Assembly (NCBI GenBank): GCA_965232845.1
Contig: OZ247428.1
Coordinates: 1,031,011 to 1,095,010 of the forward strand
From: Dehalococcoidia bacterium
GTDB lineage: Bacteria; Chloroflexota; Dehalococcoidia; Lucifugimonadales; UBA3495
DNA length: 64,000 nt
Direction: 5' to 3'
A program made the position numbers and the translations under genes. This document shows positions 9,962-20,907 of this stretch, piece by piece. Position 1 is the stretch's first letter; the number at the start of each line of letters is the position of its first letter. The notes beneath the pieces were generated by a model. That model had not been told where the DNA came from. It saw only the letters and a list, made by a program, of their open reading frames with translations, and did not search any database.

Positions 9962-11914
9962 ATGAATTCAAAGCTGGTCGCCTCCTACGGCTCCTGGAAG
10001 TCACCTGTCACGCTGGACATGGTGGCCCACGGGGCTGTGAATCTAGTCCGTATCGTGCTGGACGGGCCGGACACTTACTGGTCGGAGGTCCGCCCAGCCG
10101 AAGACGGGAGAACCGTCATTGTGAAACGCAGTCCCGGTGGTAAGTTGGAGGATATAACCCCACCGGCCTTCAGCGTGAATTCTATGGTGAATGAATACGG
10201 AACCCGAGCCTTCACGGTCGCCAATGAGGTTGTGTATTTTTCCAATCAGGAAGACCAACGGATTTACCGGCAGCGGCCCGGTGAAGCTCCCTTCCCCATC
10301 ACTCCCGAGGGTGACTTCAGGTATGGCAGCAAAGTGTGGAATCAGCGCCTCAGTCAGATCATCTGTATTAGGGACAATCACGCCCACTCGGAAGAGGATC
10401 ATCCGATCAGCGAAATCGTAACCATCGACGTTGAAAAAGGGGGTGAGCCGCAGGTGCTGCTGGCGGACAATGATTTCCACAGTTCGCCATGTATCAGTCC
10501 GGATGGCCAACGCCTGGCGTGGCTCACCTGGGACCACCCCAACATGCCCTGGGACGGCACCGAACTCTGGATGGCCCCCGTGAATGACGACGGCAGCTTG
10601 GGGGAAGCGGTCTTCGTGGCCGGCGGGGTGGACGAAGCAGTGGTGCAACCGGAATGGTCGCCAGCGGGAGACTTGTTCTTCGTATCCGACCGCACCGGCT
10701 GGGCCAACCTATACCGCTGGGACTTAGGAGAGGCAGTACCCGTTCTGGAAATGGAAGCCGAGTTCGTCCGGGCAAACTGGTGGGTGGGTATGTGTTCTTA
10801 CGGCTTCGACTCGCCGAACAGCCTGGTGTGCAGCTACGCGCAACGGGGCTATTGGAGGCTGGGAAGAATTTCCCTGGACGACGGGCGGCTGCACCCGATC
10901 AACCTCCCGTATTGGGAAATGGGACACGGGGACCTCCAGGTTGACTCGGGCCGGCTCGTGCTGGTTGCCGGTTCGCCGGACCACCCTCTGTCGTTGTTGG
11001 AGGTGAACCTGGAAGACGACGGCTTCGAGGTGCTGCGTGTGGAATACGAGGTAGAGCCGGCGTATGGTTATCTTTCGTCACCGGAAGCGATAGAGTTTCC
11101 GACGGCCAGCGAACGGACGGCCCATGCCTTCTACTATCCGCCCGTCAACCGGGACTACGCGGCTCCCGACGGTGAAAAACCGCCTATGCTCGTTACCTGC
11201 CACGGGGGGCCCCACAGCGCCACATCGACTGAGCTGAACTTGACCACGCAGTACTGGACCAGCCGGGGTATCGCGGTGCTGGACGTGAATTATGGAGGCA
11301 GCACCGGATACGGCCGGGAGTATCGTGAGCGGCTCATCGGGGAATGGGGAATCGTGGATGTTGACGATTGCGTAAACGCCGCCCTCTACCTGGTAGGACG
11401 GGGGGACGCCGACAGTGACCGCATCGCCATCAGCGGTGGCAGCGCCGGGGGCTTCACCGCCCTGGCGTCTCTGGCGTTTCGAGACGTTTTTAGAGCGGGC
11501 GCCAGTTACTTCGGGGTCAGCGACCTGGAAGAACTGCTCAGCGACATTCACAAGTTCGATGCCCACAGCCTGGTTGGCCTGGTCGGCCCCTATCCGCTGT
11601 ACCGGCGGCGGTATTTCGAACGCTCACCAATCAACTTTGCCGGAGACACTGCCTGCCCAGTCATCTTCTTCCAGGGACTGGAGGACACCATCGTACCCGC
11701 CGTTCAATCGGAGGTGATGTTCAACACGTTGCGGGACAACGGGGTTCCTACGGCCTACCTGGCCTTTGAAGGCGAATATCATGGCTTCAAGTTTGCGGAG
11801 ACAATCAAGCAGTGCCTGGCCGCCGAGTTCTACTTCTACTCCCGAATATTCGGGTTTGAACCCTTCGACGATCTGGACCCTATACCTATTGAGAACTTTG
11901 CGCCGCATCCTTAG
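9962..11914 (+). CDS. S9 family peptidase (dipeptidyl aminopeptidase/acylaminoacyl peptidase-like)
   Basis: YGSWKSP N-terminus, WDHPNMPWD, HGGP, GGSAGG nucleophile, QGLED, GEYHGF. Confidence 0.92.
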   Translation: MNSKLVASYGSWKSPVTLDMVAHGAVNLVRIVLDGPDTYWSEVRPAEDGRTVIVKRSPGGKLEDITPPAFSVNSMVNEYGTRAFTVANEVVYFSNQEDQRIYRQRPGEAPFPITPEGDFRYGSKVWNQRLSQIICIRDNHAHSEEDHPISEIVTIDVEKGGEPQVLLADNDFHSSPCISPDGQRLAWLTWDHPNMPWDGTELWMAPVNDDGSLGEAVFVAGGVDEAVVQPEWSPAGDLFFVSDRTGWANLYRWDLGEAVPVLEMEAEFVRANWWVGMCSYGFDSPNSLVCSYAQRGYWRLGRISLDDGRLHPINLPYWEMGHGDLQVDSGRLVLVAGSPDHPLSLLEVNLEDDGFEVLRVEYEVEPAYGYLSSPEAIEFPTASERTAHAFYYPPVNRDYAAPDGEKPPMLVTCHGGPHSATSTELNLTTQYWTSRGIAVLDVNYGGSTGYGREYRERLIGEWGIVDVDDCVNAALYLVGRGDADSDRIAISGGSAGGFTALASLAFRDVFRAGASYFGVSDLEELLSDIHKFDAHSLVGLVGPYPLYRRRYFERSPINFAGDTACPVIFFQGLEDTIVPAVQSEVMFNTLRDNGVPTAYLAFEGEYHGFKFAETIKQCLAAEFYFYSRIFGFEPFDDLDPIPIENFAPHP

Positions 11915-11926
11915 GCGTTCCCCGAT

Positions 11927-12626
11927 TCAGGGGTTGAACGCCCGGTAATAGGAGCAGCCGGAGTAATCAGCCCGCCCGTTCGCCATCGCCGAGGAACTCA
12001 GAGTTTAGGGAGAGCGCTCATCGAGTCCGATTCTAGAATCGGCTTCTCCTAAGGGTGCCAGAGGTTCGGTATTGCCCCAAGGGTAAATAAGAGTCAACTC
12101 ACCCTTGCGCACGCCGACACGGAAGTTGGACAGCTCTTGGTTCCTGGCCCGGTAGTGGCCAAATAATGTGCCAGAGTGACGGATATTTAAAGTTCACGGG
12201 GCCAGGGTAACGGTCGTTTCCATACCACTCCGGTCCGCAGCTGGCAGCGACCACTGATCCGTCGAGTCGTTCAAACTTCGGAAGAAAATGCGCGAAATCG
12301 GGTTGCGGAACGTGGAAGCAGTCGGGCGTCCGCCGCTCCAGCAGCACAATGTCGCCGCCGCTGCTCAGCCGCAGCCTGCCCGATCCGGCGGCGATTGAAA
12401 GAGCACGTCCTGTTCCCTTGTAATTTCCCGAATGGGCGTCGGCGTCAGGGGCCCTGGCAGGGTCATTCCGTTCCGGCAGCTCTAGCAGACCCCGCCTATC
12501 CTCAACGGCTCGGGCCGGGGTCAGCGCTGTCTGCGCCACTCCCACCAGCGGCTCGGTTTCACCCATTCGGTTGGTCAGCAGAACGACGCCCAGACCCGCT
12601 GCCACATCCACAATCAGGGCCGACAC
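11927..12626 (-). pseudogene. C-terminal part of a serine hydrolase (beta-lactamase family), frameshifted and 5'-truncated
   Basis: GLGVVLLTN motif; after a frameshift it continues as GHYRARNQELSNFRVGVRKGELTLIYPWG...ERSP*, then DYSGCSYYRAFNP*; the 5' end is replaced by IS sequence. Confidence 0.7.
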
Positions 12627-13395
12627 GTCACGATACTTCAGACCATGTTTGGGAGCTTTTGAAACCTCATTTTGCCTTGGGGGCCAGGAAAAGAGGTCGA
12701 CCGGACGGGAACCACCGCCTCTCTCTAAACGCGGTGTTCTTTAACCTCCGTACTGGGGCCCCGTGGCGGGACCTGCCTCCGGACTACGGTGATTGGAGGA
12801 ATACCCCACATTATTAACCATGGCTTTTGTCGCTGGCGGGTTCGAGGCATAGGGGAGAAACCGCTGGATACGGTAATCGATGACCAAGACTTTCAGTGGT
12901 TGATGATCGACGCGAGCTACATCAAGGTTTATCCTCATGGGACTAGGGCGCGGGGAGGCAGTCAAGCCAGAGCAGGTACAGAAGAGAATTGAACAGCAAA
13001 CTGCACCTGCCGGTGGAATCCCACGGTATGCCGGTACCGATGATCCTGGCCGAGGGCACAGTGGCAGACTGCACCCAGGCCTCTGACCTCATTGCAGATA
13101 TCGCGGCCCAATATCTGCTGGCCCATCGGAGCTACGACACCAACTTCATCGTGGCGGAGACCGAGCATCAAGCGATTGGGCCAGTAATTCCTCCGAGAAG
13201 TCCCCGGAAAGAACCTCTGTACTACGATCAGACCCTTTACAAATTAAGGGATTTAGTTGAAAACGCACTTCCGACCTTCAGCCAATGGCGGTTGGTGGCA
13301 ACCCGCAATGCGAAGATATCGACCTCCTTCCCGGCTATCTTCCAGATTCGAGTGTCGGTCCTTTGGACTAACCAATATGGGGGACACTTTCTACA
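12625..13395 (+). mobile_element. IS5-family (IS427-like) transposase pseudogene
   Basis: LRTGAPWRDLPPDYGDW, WLMIDASYIKV, NSKLHL, VIPPRS, YKLRDLVEN, WRLVATR spread over three frames; the usual ADRGYD motif reads AHRSYD. Confidence 0.88.
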
Positions 13396-13454
13396 GCAAT
13401 CCCCCAAAGCTGCAAATTTTACGAGAACTCTTAACCTCCGGGAAGATGAATTTC

Positions 13455-15818
13455 ATGGACGACGTTACAACAATCCCTGAACCGGGTTCCCAGGCGGGCC
13501 CCACGCCATCTACTTCCCATCAGATGAATTGGGCGCTCCGTTCACTTTGGATCGGCCTCACCATCATCGTGGTAGCATCCTTCGCTGCCCTGCTTCACTA
13601 CGGACGCGAGATTTACCAGGTGGCTCCCCCGATTCCCGAGGTTGTCGAAACCACCGGCGGTGACTTGCTCTTCCCCGGCGAGGATGTGCTGCATGGACAG
13701 GATGTGTGGCGCTCCGTCGGCGGTCAGGAACTAGGGTCGATTTGGGGGCACGGGGCATATACCGCTCCCGACTGGACCGCCGACTGGGTCCACCGGGAAG
13801 CGGTCTAGCTGCTTGATTACTGGGCCCAGCAGGATATGGGTCTGCCCTACGAAGACCTGCCCGAGGAAAGGAAAGCAGCGCTAGGGGCCAGGCTCAAGGC
13901 TGAACTCCGGACCAACACTTACAACCAATCCACCGGCATTATCACTATCTCCCCGGTCGGGGCCCGGGCCATCGCGGCGGTGCAGTCTCACTACACCGAC
14001 CTCTTTGGAGATGAACCTGACCTGGACCATCTCAGGGAAAGCTACGCCATGCCTCGTTCGGTAATCCCTGCCCCGGAACGCAGGACTTCTTTTACGGCAT
14101 TCTTGTTCTGGGCTTCCTGGGCCTGCGTGACGGAGCGGGCCGGCAGGGAGATTACCTCCACCCACAACTGGCCGCCGGACGACCTGGTGGGCAACCGGCC
14201 CACGGGAACAATGATTGTTGTGTCCGTTGTCAGCTTTGTACTCCTCCTCGGCGGGATTGGCGGCCTGGCATGGTTCTTCGCGGCCAGCCGGGATGCGTGG
14301 CGCAGCCGGGTCCGGGCCTCAGCCACAGACCCGCTTATTGACCTTGAACCTACACCTTCCATGCAGGCCACCAGGAAATACTTCTGGGTGGTTGGCGCAA
14401 TGGCGGTGGCACAGATAGTGGCGGGCATTGTCACCGCCCACTACGGGGTAGAGGGCACCGCCTTCTACGGACTGCCGCTAGCCGAAATTGTGCCCTATGC
14501 CCTGTCCCGTACCTGGCACGTGCAGCTGGGAATGCTGTGGATCGCCACGTCGTGGCTGGCCACCGGTCTGTGCCTGGTGCCGCTGGTGGCGGGTTACGAG
14601 CCCCGGTTCCAGCGCTTTGGCGTAAACCTGTTACTGGTCGCGCTGGTCTTTGTGGTTGGGGGTTCCATGGTTGGACAGGCTCTGGCGATACACCAGGTAC
14701 TTGGCGATACTACCAACTTCTGGGTCGGGCACCAAGGCTACGAGTATCTTGACCTGGGCCGACTGTGGCAGACCCTGCTTTTTGTGGGGCTGCTCTTGTG
14801 GCTATTCCTGATGGTGCGGCCCTTGCTCCGGGCCTGGCTGGATGCCCGATCTGACGGCAGGCGTCGCCAGTTCCTGTCCATATTCATCTTGTCGGTAGCC
14901 GCCATTGCCCTGTTCTACGCACCCGGGCTGATCCCCGGCCAGCACGAAAACCTGGCCATTGCCGAATACTGGCGGTGGTGGGTCGTTCACCTCTGGGTGG
15001 AAGGCTTCTTCGAAGTGTTTGCCACTACGGTCATTGCCCTGACCTTTGTGCGGCTGGGCCTGCTGCGAGTCAGGTCCGCCACCATGGCCATCCTCTTCAC
15101 AACGATTCTTTACCTGACCGGCGGTGTCCTGGGGATGTTCCACCATCTGTATTTCTCCGGAACCACACCCATCATCATGGTGATCGGCGGGACTTTCAGC
15201 GCCCTGGAGTTGATGCCCCTGGTTATGATTGGCTTTGAGGCATACGAGAACCTGGCAATGACCCGCCGGACTTCCTGGATACACCACTACAAGTGGCCGG
15301 TGTACTTTTTCATTGCGTCGGCCTTCAGGAACCTGGTGGGGGCCGGCCTGTTCGGGTTTCTCATCAACCCGCCTATCGCCCTGTACTACATGCAGGGATT
15401 GAATACCACGGCAGTCCATGCCCATACGGCACTGTTCGGGGTCTACGGGAACCTGGGCCTTGGCCTGACGCTGTTGAGCCTGCGCCTGTTGACGGTGCGG
15501 AAGCAGTGGCGGACCGGTACGATAAGCTTCGCTTTCTGGACGATAAACATCGGGCTGGCGTTAATGGTACTGCTTAGCCTGTTGCCAGTGGGATTGGCCC
15601 AGACCTGGGCCAGCGTGGAGCATGGAATGTGGTATGCCCGCTCCGCTGAATTTCTCCAAATGCCCATCCTTGAATTCGCCCGATGGCTGCGGTCAATTGG
15701 CGACACAATATTCGCCGTAGGGATTCTGGCCTTCGGCTGGTTCGTGATCGGCCTGTCTACCGGCTGGTCTGGGGCCGCGGTACGGGAGGATGTCCCCGTG
15801 GTAACGTCAACGGTATAG
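13455..15818 (+). pseudogene. norB: quinol-dependent nitric oxide reductase (qNOR) with one in-frame TAG at 13806-13808
   Basis: GSIWGHGAYTAPDWTADW, RTWHVQL, GYEYLDLGRLWQ, WWVVHLWVEGFFEVF, HHLYF, HAHTALFGVYG; ORFs 13257-13808 and 13836-15818 share one frame. Confidence 0.9.
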
Positions 15819-15922
15819 ACTAGCCACAAACCGATCTCGTGGGTGGGAGTTAAATAATAAACCACCTCAAAACCAACAGTGGAATTCGCATAAATGCGTG
15901 GCATCAACACTTAGCTGCCCGT

Positions 15923-15964
15923 CACCCTCATCCAAACCCTTCCCCATCAAAGGAGGAAGGGACT
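15923..15964 (-). repeat. dispersed REP-like palindromic repeat copy
   Basis: reverse complement agtcccttcctcctttgatggggaagggtttggatgagggtg matches 4282-4324. Confidence 0.6.
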
Positions 15965-16068
15965 CTTGAGAAAGATTCCAAGTGGATGTCGCTGCAATTG
16001 ATGCGATCGGAACGTATTCTTAAGGCAGCCAGCCGGGTCGGCCGGCTGCGGCTAAATGGTGAGCAACA

Positions 16069-17445
16069 ATGACCAATCCTATGCCCGAGCAGTCCCAGGT
16101 TATATCCCACCGGGAAGCATCCGTTATCGCCAGGGAAATCCCCAGCCTGATCCGTGCAGGGGACGAACTCTCGGCATGGGAGCGCCTCAGCTGGCTTCAC
16201 CCGGCAGACATGGGTGCGATTGTTGCGGGGCTGCCCAAGGCCAGCAGAGATTCCCTGGTACGGGTGATGGACCCGGAGACGGTGGCCTGGATGCTGCGGC
16301 AGATGAACCCCGTAGCAGCCGCCCGGGTGGCAACTCGCCTGGGGTCCCAGGCGCTTTCCGGCATGTTGGGGCAGATCCACCCCAGAAGCGCCCTGGATAC
16401 CCTGCTGCGACTCTCCCACCACCAGGCCCAGGAAGTGGCCGGGACCCTGGAACAGCCAATTCCCGACGCGGAGATTCTAGGGTACCAACCCGGGACAGCC
16501 GGGGCTTTGATGGTTCCCCAGTTTCCGTCAGTGAATGTCAATAGGACGGTCGCGGATGCCCGTGAGAGTCTACGAGCACTGGAAGAGAACAGCGATCTGT
16601 TCAACCGAATTTACCTGGTGGACGATACCGGCCAGCTGGCGGGTCAGGTCAGCCTGGTGGACCTGGCCCTGTTCGCGGAGGACACCCCGGTGCGGGACAT
16701 AGCCGTACCTGCTCCAGCCATCGTCGGCGTGGATACTCCGGCGACGGAGTGTGCCAGGCTGAGGCGTCATTACAATGTGCTGCAGCTACCGGTAGTCAGC
16801 GAAGGCCGGTTGACCGGTGCAATCCCGCTGGAATTCCTCCTGGGCGCGGTAGTGGAGGAAGATACGAGACAGATGCTGAATGTCGGGGCGGTATCGGGCA
16901 GGGCCGACCGGGGCCCAGTGGTTGAGGCGGTGCGGACACGGCTGCCCTGGCTCACCGTAAACCTGGCGACTACATTTCTGGCGGCAGCGACCATCAGCCT
17001 GTTCGAATCGACCCTGGCCAGGGTTGTCATCCTGGCGGCCTTCCTCCCGGTTGTCGCCGGTCAGGGAGGCATTGGAGGAACCCAAACACTGACAATGATC
17101 GTGAGATCCATGGCGCTGGGGGAGTTGGTTGGCGTCGGGCCTTTCCGGCTGCTGGCCAGAGAGGCGTTCCTGGGGCTCCTGCACGGCGTCTGGCTTGGAA
17201 TTCTGGTCAGCATCATTGCCCTGGTCTGGACTCAGAACTCGGGTCTGGCTCTGGTGTTGGGCTTGGCAATGGTAGGAAACATGGTAATTGCGGGAGTGGC
17301 CGGGGCGGGCGTCCCTCTGTTCCTTCGAGCAGTCGGAGTTGATCCAGCGGTGGCATCGGCGGTGATAGTTACCACTTTTACAGACGTCTTCGGTTTCTTG
17401 CTGTTCCTTGGTATTGCCAGCGTCGCCATAAGCCTGATCGTATAG
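16069..17445 (+). CDS. mgtE: magnesium transporter MgtE
   Basis: LHPAD N-domain, CBS pair, RLPWLTVNL, PVVAGQGGIGGTQ, DPAVASAVIVTTFTDVFG. Confidence 0.92.
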   Translation: MTNPMPEQSQVISHREASVIAREIPSLIRAGDELSAWERLSWLHPADMGAIVAGLPKASRDSLVRVMDPETVAWMLRQMNPVAAARVATRLGSQALSGMLGQIHPRSALDTLLRLSHHQAQEVAGTLEQPIPDAEILGYQPGTAGALMVPQFPSVNVNRTVADARESLRALEENSDLFNRIYLVDDTGQLAGQVSLVDLALFAEDTPVRDIAVPAPAIVGVDTPATECARLRRHYNVLQLPVVSEGRLTGAIPLEFLLGAVVEEDTRQMLNVGAVSGRADRGPVVEAVRTRLPWLTVNLATTFLAAATISLFESTLARVVILAAFLPVVAGQGGIGGTQTLTMIVRSMALGELVGVGPFRLLAREAFLGLLHGVWLGILVSIIALVWTQNSGLALVLGLAMVGNMVIAGVAGAGVPLFLRAVGVDPAVASAVIVTTFTDVFGFLLFLGIASVAISLIV

Positions 17446-17704
17446 CGAGGCAGTAGCTTTCCAGCTTAAGTCCGGCCCTGCTGCTTCCCGCCAGGGGTCA
17501 CCGGGAGGAGCCGCGCCTCTATAGTTGGCGCAGAAACGGTTGGGCTGGGACTTGAGCGCCTTGGAGCGGCATGTGAAGGCCGTATGAACCATGGCGATAG
17601 CGGTCCACAACCTTGAGCAGACTCAGAATCAGTCGTCGAAAATACAGCGAGAACCGACATGCCTGGAGAGGCCGCTGAGGCGTCAGTTCTTAATTGAGCG
17701 TCGG

Positions 17705-17745
17705 TACTTCCATCCTAAATTTCCCCCGTCGAGGTGAAAGGGGTT
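17705..17745 (-). repeat. dispersed REP-like palindromic repeat copy
   Basis: reverse complement aacccctttcacctcgacgggggaaatttaggatggaagta matches 4282-4324. Confidence 0.55.
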
Positions 17746-17843
17746 TTTCAGAGGTTCCCTAAATCTTGCGCACTGCCAACGGCGATGCGTCGGCGTCGTG
17801 TCCACGGTAGCTCGGCCTGGAGCGCCGGAGGACCCACCTGGCG

Positions 17844-19571
17844 CTACAAAGCCGGCCAGCGTCGGCCTGCCGGCTGGAACCTTGGCCGGAGCTCTCCCGC
17901 GATCCGGGTCAGCGCCGCCCCGTAGAGAAAGATCAGTCCTGCAATGTACGCCCACGTCAGCAGGAGCACCACGGAGGCAACCGGCCCGTAGATGGAACTC
18001 CTGAAAATTGAAATGCTGGAGTACCAGAAGAACAGGTTCTTCGCTATCTCGAAGAGAAGGACGGCAATCACGGCGCCAAAGCCCGCGTCCTTCCACTCTA
18101 CATGCCTGTTTGGTATGTTGTGGTACACGACCGCGAAGACAACGACAGTGAATACGAACTGAAGCAGCTCGGATATCGTCCCGAACAACAGCGCCCAATT
18201 ATTTGGCACCAGGTCGAAGCTGATTGCGAAATGGAAAAGCGCAGTTATTCCGGCCAACAAGATAAACAGAGCGACCACAATTGATCCCACCCAGGCCTCC
18301 CTGAATAGCCTCTTAAGCGTCCTCCCTGAATCGACCTCGAACATCCGGTTAACAGCCCGGATGGAGGCCATGAAAAGCCCATTGGCGCACAGTATCATAC
18401 CTGCCAGGGCGATGAGCCCGACCGTCAACGATCCCGTAAGCAGATTGCTAATTGCTTCGTGGAAAAGCGCGCCGGAGGATGGGAAGTAGTAGGTGATGGC
18501 AACGGTCAACTTCTGTCCCACCACCGCCGGATCCGCAAAGATCGAGAGCCCCAGGATCAGCAGAGTGATCAGGGGAAAGAAGGAAAGCACCGTGAAATAG
18601 GCCAGGGAACCGGCAAGGTCCAATATTCCAACATTCAGCGACAGGCGGGCCGCCCGGTACAGGGCAGCACTACGCCACGCCTTCCGTTTTATAGGAAGTT
18701 CCCTCGACAACCGTTCCGCCAAACCAGCCAATTCCGCCTGCACGTGCGGCGAAGCAGATTGCTGACATTCCGCAATAGCCCCCAATACGGACCGGCGAAC
18801 GGAGTCACCATGGGACCTGTCGATCCAATACCCGGCTACTACGGCACCGGTGGCCGCCGCCGCTACGGTATTAGCCTGGTTCTCTGAGTCTCCACTTGCC
18901 TCGTTGACGGCGGCGCTAACGGCATTCTCGGCAAGACTGACAATTTCCGCTCCCCGCCTTCCGGCGGCTGCGGCGTGGGAAACCAGTATATTGGCAGTGT
19001 CATGGGCCGCCTCGGCAACATCGCCGCGGGCGGTGCGAACCCCTGAAATCACGCCCCCAAATACGGCCCTCGCCATGTCCTCCGCGCGTCCCCCCGCTCC
19101 TTCCAGCGCCTCGGCGGCGCCTTCGACCGTGGCCGCTACGGCCTCCGGTAAGCCTATGCCTTCGGCCGGAGCGCTCTTTATTGCCTGCTCCACCGCAACC
19201 CGGCTTGCCTCCACGGGATCCGTATTTGCCTTGTTAGCTCCCCTTACCGTTCCTACCACCACCCCTTTCAGCACGGGAGCAGTAACGGTGAAGAGTTGGC
19301 CTGTGGCTCCCACTACGCCAACTACAGTGTCACCAATGAATGCCCGGGTTTCACCGGCAACTTCCACGACGGCCAGAACGGCTCCTTCGGCAGCTTCCCG
19401 GGCCAGGTGGACGGACTCATGGCGCGCTGAACGCATGCGGGTTACTGCCCGATGTACGGCGGATTGGACGACCCGACCACTGACATGTTCCTGCTCACTA
19501 AGGCTGCCCTGAAGCAGTGTTTCCCTGATCTGGGCGGCAACCCATGGATCATTGTTATCGGGAAGATTCAT
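17844..19571 (-). CDS. YihY/BrkB family membrane protein with N-terminal Ala/Gly-rich 22-aa helical repeat domain
   Basis: AGSLAYFTVLSFFP, VYHNIPNRHVEWK and IYGPVASVVLLLTWAY motifs in the C-half; about 290 extra N-terminal residues. Confidence 0.82.
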   Translation of the reverse strand: MNLPDNNDPWVAAQIRETLLQGSLSEQEHVSGRVVQSAVHRAVTRMRSARHESVHLAREAAEGAVLAVVEVAGETRAFIGDTVVGVVGATGQLFTVTAPVLKGVVVGTVRGANKANTDPVEASRVAVEQAIKSAPAEGIGLPEAVAATVEGAAEALEGAGGRAEDMARAVFGGVISGVRTARGDVAEAAHDTANILVSHAAAAGRRGAEIVSLAENAVSAAVNEASGDSENQANTVAAAATGAVVAGYWIDRSHGDSVRRSVLGAIAECQQSASPHVQAELAGLAERLSRELPIKRKAWRSAALYRAARLSLNVGILDLAGSLAYFTVLSFFPLITLLILGLSIFADPAVVGQKLTVAITYYFPSSGALFHEAISNLLTGSLTVGLIALAGMILCANGLFMASIRAVNRMFEVDSGRTLKRLFREAWVGSIVVALFILLAGITALFHFAISFDLVPNNWALLFGTISELLQFVFTVVVFAVVYHNIPNRHVEWKDAGFGAVIAVLLFEIAKNLFFWYSSISIFRSSIYGPVASVVLLLTWAYIAGLIFLYGAALTRIAGELRPRFQPAGRRWPAL

Positions 19572-19689
19572 AGGGGCCTCGCGCCTTTGCTGGCAATGAG
19601 GTCATGGACACCGCGAAGCTGCCTCATTTGCAGATATTCCCAGCCAGGAGAATACCTGCCGGGTGGGTGGCCCTTCGCATTACCTTTCA

Positions 19690-20200
19690 GCATCGACTGC
19701 GGTGTCCGGCTGGTCTTCAGGACTGTCAACGATTTCTCCCTGTTGCCGGGCCACCTTTTCCTCCAGCAAATGGATAAGTTCTCCCTGCTCTTTCAGCCGG
19801 CCTATCACGTTCAGCACCAGGGGGTCCGCTTCATCCTGGATAGAGTACGTCGCCGCGGTGATAATGTATCTTTCTTAATCTTTCCTTAACTCGGCGTGAG
19901 GGCCCTCAATGAAGGATTCTTCACAAGCCGGCTCTAGCACCCGATGTCCCCGATTCCCACGGCAACCATTGCCACAACCGCCAGCAAGCCCACGGTGCCC
20001 AAGACGCTGATCACGGGCGCGGGAAGGGCATACGGCTCTACGAGCCAGCCAGCCTCCAGATAGGCAGTACTGCCACCCGGGCGAGGGCAAGACCCACTAA
20101 CGGGATTGTAATCGCAGGAGCAAAGTCCTTCAGCAGGCTGGCCCTGTCTTTGGATAGGCCCTTGAATGAAAGGAACAAATGAATTTCGATCATGAATTTC
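19690..20200 (-). pseudogene. degraded membrane protein gene fragments
   Basis: hydrophobic segments (AITIPLVGLALARVAVL; VISVLGTVGLLAVVAMVAVG) and a coiled-coil-like stretch (VLNVIGRLKEQGELIHLLEEKV) in different frames with stops. Confidence 0.35.
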
Positions 20201-20399
20201 GGTAGGCTGAGTGAATTGCCACTGGCTCTACGGCAAATCTCTTGCCTCCTGCCCCGGAGGACGTCCGGGATCAAAAGCTGCGCACCCGGTGGGCGACCGT
20301 CGATCAGTTTATGTTCGCGACCCCGGCATAGGCATCAGTTCAAGCAAAATGTTGCTAAAAGAAACCAGCAGCTTGCCGGACCTAATGTTCCACCCTTGT

Positions 20400-20600
20400 A
20401 TCAACCGGCCCTGGTCACCCACGTTTATGGACGCACGGTGTAGGGCCTCTGTCTATTCTTCCTACAATATCGCGTCACACCGCCCATGCATAAAGTATAT
20501 CGGCTTGGAGGTCTGGTCGATCATTTCCACCGGCTTCACTCGCCGGAAGGGGGCGAGGAAAAGGAAGCGACCGGACAGCATGAGGAAGCCGGCGAATGTT
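20400..20600 (-). pseudogene. alpha/beta hydrolase C-terminal fragment
   Basis: KPVEMIDQTSKPIYFMHGRCDAIL*EE*TEALHRAS resembles the P-x-x-x-x-HG-x-x-D motif, with two stops. Confidence 0.5.
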
Positions 20601-20907
20601 TGAAACGTAGTCCATAAATTCGCTGTCACTAATAATAACCGGACATCCGGGAAACTTCAGGACAAATTGCTACCCATACACCGGCGGTCGACTTCCCGGC
20701 GCAGCGCTTAGAGGTAACAGCTATTAGGTGAGCGCCCGCACTCTCATCCGAATTTTTTCTGCCGAGGGGGCAAACGACTTAGTCAGAAGTTCCCTGGGTA
20801 CTTGCGCAGCCACAAGCGTGGTCGCGCCCGCACCAAGTGATAAGCCCAACTTGATATGGGAAGGACGGCAAGAGGCATGGCAAGGCTTGACATGGCGCGC
20901 CGTTCGG

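Noticed and set aside
11900-12700. attL duplicate of the tRNA-Ala 3' end bounding the island
   Set aside because: No copy of the tRNA 3' sequence was found by eye.
13806-13808. Amber recoding (pyrrolysine or alternative code) in qNOR
   Set aside because: TAG is the normal stop of many genes here, including qNOR itself; no pyl genes are in the window; the gene sits among pseudogenes.
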